A stretch of 64,000 nt of DNA from Sminthopsis crassicaudata (taxonomy: Eukaryota), in NCBI RefSeq assembly GCF_048593235.1, contig NC_133619.1:517603644-517667643 (forward strand), given 5' to 3'. The notes beneath the pieces were generated by a model. The model was given only the letters and a program-made list of their open reading frames with translations, had not been told where the DNA came from and searched no databases. Made by a program: the position numbers and the translations under genes. Position 1 is the stretch's first letter. Each line of letters begins with the position of its first letter. Shown here one piece after another: positions 46,301 to 55,300 of this stretch.

Positions 46301-49300
46301 TAGTATGGTGGATAGAGAGCCCAGCTTGGAGTCAGGAGGACCCAGTTTCAAGAACACATACAGACCAGGTGACTCTCTAAATCTGTCTGCAAGTTGCAAA
46401 AAACAGTTGCTAATCTGCATTGATAGAATTTCCTTACAAGAAATCCTCTACTCTATGTGTAAAATATTAACATATTTTGTATTGTCATTTTTTGCTGTTA
46501 TTAGTCCTTTGTTCTCTAAGAAGACTCTGACAACAGGAAGGTGATACCATGACATGCACCTGAATTGGATTTAAGGGAGGGAGGATATGGAAGGTCACCT
46601 GCCTCACTTTGTCCTCCAGACAAATATATAGATCTGGACCACAGGAGATAGCTCTGGATGCATAGCCTTTTTAAGTTAAAGTCTTAACAGGTCTCAGTTT
46701 GACTGAGGCCACACCCATTCAGTGTTTAATTGCACTGAATTAATGCAATTGCTCAGACAGCAATTGAGACACAAAATTTTCTCTTTCACCTAATTTAAAA
46801 AAAAAAAATCTAAATAAATAAATCTGGGAGGAAGACGCTGAGGGGTCTTCTGAGGGTTTCCAGCCAAAGTAGAAATAGCAGCTATTTACATTCAAACTGA
46901 ATCAATCAGGACCCACGATGAAATGGGGTTTGGCCTAGGACCTATAGGTGGTGCAGCAAGGAGAATTCAGAGTGGTTTTGGTTTAGGCTTGGTCCTTAAG
47001 AAAGAAATCTAGACAGTGAGCCCCAAGATATCTTGAAAAGGTTCAGAGATCCAAAAGAAGAAGAAGAAGAAGAAAGCTTTTAAGAGCATCTGTAAGGATT
47101 TTTAAAATTATAACATGTACAAAACAGAAAAAGAGCAGACACTAACTAAGATTTCTACTATAGCCTGAGATCATTCTGTCCGTTTTTGTCTCATACACCC
47201 TTCTTTATCCACTCTGGTCTGTCCCACTCTCTACCGCCAGAGACAATGTCTTACCATCATCACAATTCTCACCCTGGGCAATTTTCTTACCCAACTTCCA
47301 GCGGCCCATATAGTAGAGCTGGGTACTAAGTAGGAGCGTAGCAATGATGTGGATGACCGAGAAGACAATCCAGAATGCCATGTTCCCTTTGCCAAATACC
47401 TATTTGAGGAAGGTTGGGAGGAAGTGAGGAATAATGTGTATATGAGACAGAGATAAAGGAGGAAAAGGAGAGAAAAAGAAAGAGAAGGGAGAGATGGAGA
47501 GGGAAGGAAGAAACACACACAGAAGAATATATGACAAAGGACAGACGGAAGGTCCACATTCAGGATACCTGTGTACAGGGGGCAAGGCCCAGCCAGGAGG
47601 GGAATGATCATGTCTGAGTGGCCCCAAGAGAGGGAGCTTGGGAGTGTTCTTCACTTCTGGGCTGGGGAAGTAATAAGGGAAGGAACCTGGTCTCCAGGGA
47701 CGGGGGCAGGCAGGACAGTGGCCCTCGGAGGTAAGGAGGGGAAGGAGGTCAGATTAGGTAGGAGTAAGGGGAACTCACCACCCCCAGCACAGAAAAGAAA
47801 ATGACAACGGCGAGACAGGCATAAGCACTGTAGGCACTGGCGTTGATGTCGGGGTGCCGCTTCTGATACAGCTTCAGCATGCAGAGCCCGGCGATCATGT
47901 ACATGAACGATGTGTCTGTAGAAATAGGAGCTTTTGAAACTCCAAAACCTGGGGCCTGGCCAAGCCCATGACCCTTAAGCTAAGGTCTCTTTGCTCCCTA
48001 CAAAGTCACCCATTTAGCAATCACTGCATGGGAAGGCTATGTTGGGAGCCCCTTGGCGAGTCTCTACACAAACTCCCCAAGAACTGACTCCTCTTGGGCA
48101 TCATTCAGAAAAGCAACTGGCTCTACCATCTAGTACCTGTGTTATCTTTAGCAAATCACTACCTTGTGTGGACCTCAGTTTCCCCATCTGTAGAATGAGG
48201 GGGTTTGACTAGGTGATCTCCAAGCCTTAAATCCTAAGATCCTATGAGAAGGGAGAATAGTCCCTAACCAGATCTGGGGGGCTGTTCTCTGTGCAGCAAG
48301 AGTTCCCCTAAAAGGCTGAATCTTGAGGGCTCCTACCTAAGGGATGGGTACTTTTTTTTTTTAAGGCAAAACTAAGAGAGACATAGATGTATAGGCAAGT
48401 TCTCTGGGAATGAAAAGGAGGTTTTACCAAACTGAAAATTTGTATAGTTGGGGCAAACATGGTAGCATGCACTGAGTAGTCCCTCCATCATCAAGGCTGT
48501 ACCCATGGCGTAGAAAAGCCCAAAGTGCTTTGGGATTCCACATTCCTATTCCAAAGAAAGAAACCAGAGTTGGAGATCAAACAGAAAGATGGAGATACAA
48601 CAATACCCATTTATTAATAGCCTACCACATGGGGAGGGTTCTGTGCTGGCAATGGGGGGGTGGTTAAATGGTCCCTGTATCCAGGAGCTTACAACCGACA
48701 GAGATATCAGAACACAAACACATGCAGCAGCATTCCACAATGGGGGCACTGAGACTCTGAAGTCTAGGGGCTGAGGAGGATGAGGGAAAGCTGCATTTAG
48801 AAGATGAATGGCTAATTAAGGATGCCTTTCAGTGACCTGACAGAGAGCCTGGTGGAAAGGAGGAGCTGAGAATGAGGTGGGGAGGAAGGGAAGGGCCCCA
48901 ATCCAGCTGGTGACAAGGAGGGTTTTCTCTTTCACTACGGGGAAAGGGTGAGGTCCCAGGGGGTCTCCGAGGAAGGGCTGGGAGGGCCCAGTTCTTACCA
49001 GGGCATAAAGGTCATTTCGCATGAGGGCCCGGTTGTAATTGATTTCTCGTTGCAGGATGATGAGGAGGAAGAGCAGCCCCAGCAGGATGTAACCCAGGTT
49101 ACTGAGAATATTATTGAAAGCACTGGGACAGAAATCAAGGAGCATTACCCAGAGGAGCTGCCTCAGTCTCCCCCCCAGCTTTCCGTGGGTTCCCACCATC
49201 GTTCTCCTTCCCTGGGCACTTCCCCATACCCCCTACCTGAGGTTGCCCAGGGGGTGGGCGCAGAGGAAGTTGTAGTAGCAGATGTCCTGATTCCCTGTGA

Positions 49301-52300
49301 CATTCACCACCTGCAGCACTCCCAGAGAGCAAGAAAGAGAGGGATGATTGATGACTGAGATTTAGCTCAGGCTAGCCCAGAGGGTGGCCCAGCCCCCCCC
49401 TTCCCCACTTCTGACTCTTGTGTCAAAAGGAGACCATGAGGCATCTATCAGGAGGGCCCCATCTCTGGGGGACAGCCGAGGAAGAAAAGAGGCCTAGAAT
49501 TTGGGGGCAGGCAGACTCTGCCCCTCTTACCGTCTGGTAGGTGATCACCAACTGTACCACTGGGAGGGCATAGAAAACGGCAATGGTGGCGATGTTCCTG
49601 TGCAGGGAAGGATGGATGATGAACGAAAAAGACTGGAAGAGGATCCAGCCCTTGCCCCTTCCCCACACCCCCTCCCAAAAGCCAAACCGGACCCCTTCCG
49701 CTCACCAGAAGTAAATCTGGTACTTCTTTCGAAGGACCCGTTTGTCCTTCCGGGCTAGGTCTGCTACATACAGGTATTGCTGTGGGGGAACAAGAGAACA
49801 TGACTGAGGGAACAGCAGGAGGTCAGCTTTGCCCAGGGCCTTGGGAAAGTCCTTGAGAACAAGAACAAAGGTTGGACCCCCTTTACGGACGGACCACGGC
49901 CCAAGAACAAACTCTTAAATGAGTGACCACACTGGCTCCAGGTGTCCCTCCCCGGAGGAGCCAGCCTCAAACTGGATGGTGTACCCCGGGCTGGGCCCCT
50001 GCCCTCGGCCTCCTCTGAGGCTCTGGGCCAGAGACGCATAGGGCAGCCCCGGACCTTGGTGCGGATGACGTTTTTGTCCGACTCGATGTCCGTCAGTGTG
50101 TCGTAGTCGTCCTCCTCCACAGAGCTCAGGGAGTCCAGCCGAGGCCGGCTGCCCACGGGGTCTAGGGGGGGAAGGAAGGTGAGAGCCGCTCACACTGTGG
50201 CAGGACCCCTGGGAAGCTGGCCCCTGCTCACCTGGGGCAATTGTGGAGATTACAGAATGGGGAGGGGCTTATTGGGGGGTTAGGATGGGGAGAGACCGAG
50301 GGGAGCTCAGTGTCCAGGGAAACCACATGTCCTTTCCCCTTGTGGTACATGAGGAGTGAAGGGGACAGATGGTCAGGCGGATTATTCCCCTGCCCCATCT
50401 TCTCCCTTAGAGAGCGGGACACACCGAACCCGCAACACTGAGCCCACCTCAGGCTTAAGGCAAGGGGATGATTTCCAGGGGCTTCATGCAGATTAGAGGT
50501 GCCACCATCTCCGTGTGTTCTGAGAGGGCAGGGCTGTGGCACCCGGGGAGCTAAAGGTCCAGTGCCCTCTGGGGTGCCACGGGTGGAGACCACCACCCAT
50601 CAGCCCACTTTAAAACCTAACCCTGACACCCAGCCCAGCAAGGGCCCCACAGCGGTAAGAGAGCATCATTAGTGGGATCCTCTCTAGTCCGGCCCCAATT
50701 CCCTCCGCAGCCAGAGGGAAGCTGATGGGTCATGGGTCAGTGCTTCACCATGTGGCAAGGTCAGCCCAGAAACCCCTCGTAGGAGAGTCCTGAGGAGGAA
50801 CGGAGGGGGATGGGAAAGGCCTGGATGTGGGCACCCACCCGCTAACGCTGTAACCGACAAGGAAAAGCGCCAGCCTCTCTCAAAAGACACGGAGGATCAG
50901 TTATCACAAATATTACATGATAACATATGCGGACAGGGCATCTATTGAGCATCTTCCCAAGCCCCAAGGACAGGGCAGCCCCAAGCCAGGCCACGGCTTC
51001 AGCCAGCCCCAGTGCCCACCACAGGCAGGAGCTGGTTGGCAAAGCGAGTGCTCTCCCCACATCTACCCATGGCAATGCACAGCTGCCGCATCTGGCCAGA
51101 GGGGAGACGTCGCTTGAACTGGTCATGTCCTTCAAAGGAAAGGGAGAGTTACTGGGAGGGCGTCCAGGGAAAGTGGGGGGACCAGGCCAAGGAGGGAACG
51201 TGGAGAACTAGAGGTCCGGCCCCGATGCCATTGCTTGTAGAGAAGGGGAAGAGGAAGGGACCTCCTCGAACAGACACACACTACCTCTGGCCCAGCCAAC
51301 ACCAGCCCTGGCACGTTTCTGCCCTGCCTCTGCCTGGCACTCACCCGAGTAGCTGTAGGAGACGTCCACAGAGCCAGTGCTGTCCACTGCTCCGTCAGCA
51401 GAGCTGGAGCCATTCTCTGTGGAGACCAAGAGACCGATGAGGGGAGGCAGGTGGGGTCTGGCCAGGAAGATACAAGTCTAAAAAGTGCCAGAGATGGGGC
51501 AGCAGGGGACTTCCCTGGGGGTCTTTACATTGGATAGTGATGGAGATTAAATGGCAGCGGGCAGTTTCACCTACTCATTTGGGAAGACAAGATGATCACG
51601 TGATCTGGTGGGTCTTAACCTTTTCTGGTGAAGTCCACAGACCCCTTCCCAAAATAATGTTTCCAAATGCGTGAAATAAAGCATGTGGGATTACAAAGGG
51701 ACCAGATCATATTGAAATCGTTTTTGCAAAAATAAATGAATAAATAAGGAATAAAGAAAGGAAAGATTCACCAACCCCAGATTAAGAACTCTTGTCCCCT
51801 AGGAGAGGCCGGCTTAAAATGGCCCCAAAACAGCTAGGTTGTGGGGGTGGGTCAGAGGAGGAGTCTTCAAGGAGCACCTACCAAAGGAGCCATAACTGTA
51901 ACCTTCATAAGGGGCAGAGCCAGGGAACGATTCAGCCAGGACTCGAGGGTGACCTGCAAAGGAGAAATCAGAGCCTGATCAACACCTTAGGCAGTCACAG
52001 GCCTGGACCTGACGATATAAGACAGAAGGGGCTGGGGACAGGCAGACTAAGCCTGGAGATAGAGGCTTGGAGCTTCAGGGAAAAATAATTACACAGCCAA
52101 CCAAAACCACTTGTGTTCCCTCTCCCCTTTTCCCTCATCAGATACCCTGTTAACCTAAATAGGGTAAAAACATCCTGCCAATAGAGGAATGGACACCAGG
52201 ACCCCTCAGATCCCACCTGGCCATAGTTCATGTGTTCAAGTGCACTTAATGAGTACAAGTGATATGCGAGGCCTGGTGCTTCCCTCCCCCACTGTCTCAT

Positions 52301-55300
52301 CCTGTCCCCTGAGAGCCCAAGGCCCTAATCCCACCCAGCACCTGTAGCTTACCAAGCAAAGAGGCTGGAAGAGAAGGTCACAAACAGGAGAGATTGTTGG
52401 GCGCAGGGGGGAGAGAGAGAGAGAGAGAAAGGTTACGCTCTTGTGAAATGGGACAGGCTGGAAGACAGAAGGCCAGCAGGATTAAAAGAAGAATAAAGCA
52501 AGGAGCAGCTATGTTTTTCAAGAGGCAGATGGGAAGTGGAGGAGACATAACCTCCGACCCTCATCCTCACCCCTTGGGTCTTAATCTATGGAAACCTCAG
52601 CCAATTGCCTTTGGCCAGAAGACTCTGGCCTCTCAGGCCCAGGACCATAAGGCCCAGAGACTCTGCCCCTCTCCCCCCAAGCCTGCCAGGACAGTGCCCT
52701 GAGAGGTACCGCTTTCTGAGCAGGGACGGTCCATTGCCACCAACAGGGTCTTCTTCCGTTGCCTGTGAGAAAGGATGAAGGGGTTACAGGGTGGGGTCTA
52801 GGCTCTGGATCCCTGCTACCTTCTGTCCACCCTCTCCCTCCCCGCTGCTGATCACCAAGTCCTTTTCCTTCTCCCAAACCCAGCCTTCTCTAGGCTGAAG
52901 GTACAGGGCTCAGAGGAATGGCTGGGAGAGTGAAGCTTCCATTTTCTCTATCGGGGGAATTGTGGACTATGGGCAACAGAGCATCCGGCAACCGGTTCTC
53001 CTCCTCATCCCATTCAGTTTGTCTTAGGGGAGTTTGGGGGGTGGGGGGGTGTCCCCCTGGGCAGGAACAGCAGAGCAGGGGAAGTAAAAGGGAACAGGGG
53101 AAATCTCCCTGACCAAGCCCACAGGTCGGCTGGACTGGCATCCAAAGGCCGAGAAGGCCCGGCCCGATCCGCCCCGGCTCACCTCCAATTCTCCCAGCAG
53201 GCCAGCAGCACGGTCAGCAGATAGAAGGACAGGAAAATGCCCAGGCAGAAGAGCATGCCCCCGACATATGCCTCGGCTGGGGACAAAAGGAGGGGGGCAG
53301 AGGTGGGAGAGGGGGATCAGCACAGGGCTCCCGGACAGCTCAGGGGGGCCGCAGGGACACAGGGGCCAGCGCCCCGCCTCTCGATGGGCTGGAACAGCCG
53401 AGGAGCGCCCGGCAGGCCCGGGGCAGTAACTTGCCGTGTCCCTCGGAGGAGGCCCCAGGCCCATCCCCAGAGCCCCTCCCCGCCGGCTGGCCACACTCAC
53501 ACGTGACTGCTGGAGACACCACAACGCTCAGGGTTTTCTGGTGATGCCCTTGATCCACCGGTTCATCTGGACGTAAAAGTCAAGTCAGTGCGGGAGGCCT
53601 GGAGTGTGGCCTGAGGCTTGAGGGACCAGGCAGGAGAGAGGCTGACACCCCCACCGTCCTGAGCCCCGCTGCACGCCCCGGCCGGCCTCCCACGGCTCCT
53701 GCGCCCTGCGCAGCCCAGCCCGGAGCCCAGCCCCTACCTTCCCCATAGGGGTAATAGGGCAGGGAGCCCCCGCAGGCCTGGTCCTCGGTCTTCACCACCA
53801 CCACCACGTAGAAGCTGTTGCTGGGAAAGTCCTTCCGCTACGGAGCACACAAGAGAACCGGCCTCCCTCAGAGCCCGGCCGTCTGCGGACTCACACCACA
53901 AGGGACGGGGAAAAGAGAGGCGGGGCCGGGGCCTTCACACCCCAACAAAGGGGCCCAGGGAAGGACCGGGCAGACCAGAAGAGACAGCACACGGGCCGAC
54001 AATGCAGAAGAAAAAGGGAGGAGGGGACAAGGTCCCGGGGACGGCCACAGCCCTTCAGCGTCCAGGGGCCGGCCTACCTGCACAGTGATGGCTGCCTTCT
54101 TCGTCATGGTCTGGTACATGCCGATGAAAGCCACGTTGTTGTCCAGATCATAGACGGGGCACTACGACAGGGGGTGGGGGTGGGAGGAGCGTATGAAGGA
54201 CTGAGCCTTATTATCCCTTTAGGGAAGCCTTGCCCCCGCTCTAAGGGAAGCAGGTTCGGGCCCACTTACCAGGATGTCCTGGATGGAAATGACTGAGCAG
54301 GGGAAAGCCTTGCTGGAAGTCACTTTGACAATCACCGAGTCTACTCCTTCTGGGAACTCATACTTGAAGTACTAAAGAACAGAGGGGCAGACGGCCTTCT
54401 CTCAGAGTAGGCTCCTCTCCGGAACGGCACTACCTATGAGCTTTTGGGGGTGGGGCCCGCAGGAGGCAGCACGCCCAGCAGAGCTGTTGCCTTTTCTGAG
54501 CTGATCTCTTTGCCGGGTTTGTGCCGATCTGAAGGCCGAGTCTCTGTACCCTCAGCCCCCCAAGGCTTGGCACTCAGTGTACCACAGGCAGGACTGCCGG
54601 CATGAGTTTACCTGAGGCTGCGCTGCAGTGGTGTTAAAGCTGAACTGTTCACCGGTCCTGTGGGGCAGAGAGAGAGGAGCGTCACTCTCAGGAAGGCGTC
54701 CCCTCGGGCCGCCCCTTCCTCTCCCAGCAGTCCCAGCCCTGGCTCAAACCTGAGCACGAAGTTGTCCATGTGGCTGACCCGCAGCCGGTAAGTGGTGTTG
54801 AGCAGCGACAGGGTGGACACGTCCACGTAGAAGAACTGGACCTCAGCCTCACTCTTGGTGGGCGGCTGGCAGAGAGTGCGCGCCACATCCTGGTACCGGT
54901 ACTTACGCTGGTAGCTGTGGCCCAAGGCGGGGAGTCAGCGGGAAGCTGCTCTTTCCTCCCCTAACCACCTCCGCCCCCCCAAGGTAAGTCTGGCCCAGAG
55001 GGCCTGGGTCCGGAGGAAGGGCAAGTTGGCAGGAAAACTTGGTGGGGCCTTTCCCCGGATCTGGTTACTCTGCCCCACCAGCTCCGGGCCTGGGCCCACA
55101 AACACTCTCCTCCAGGTGCACTTAATATGTGACTGAGTGCCTGGATTTAGGGCAAGAAAGTGCTTTAGCCTTGGTGGGAGGGAGCTCTCCGAGAAGTGCG
55201 GACAGTTTCCTAGCTGTGTTCCTAGGGGAGGTGGGGATGAGGGCCCGTCCCCCCCAGCAGCTCCCACATGGTACTCACAGCCCCCGGAGAATCAGCGGCA

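Noticed and set aside
51954-51974. In-frame alternative acceptor 21 nt upstream of SIDT2 exon 11
   Set aside because: No pyrimidine tract before that AG; the extension is itself the real polypyrimidine tract
52890-53022. Protein-like stretch ([16 protein letters not shown]...) behind an AG in SIDT2 intron 9
   Set aside because: No donor in the phase needed to rejoin exon 10, and intron retention hits TGA immediately
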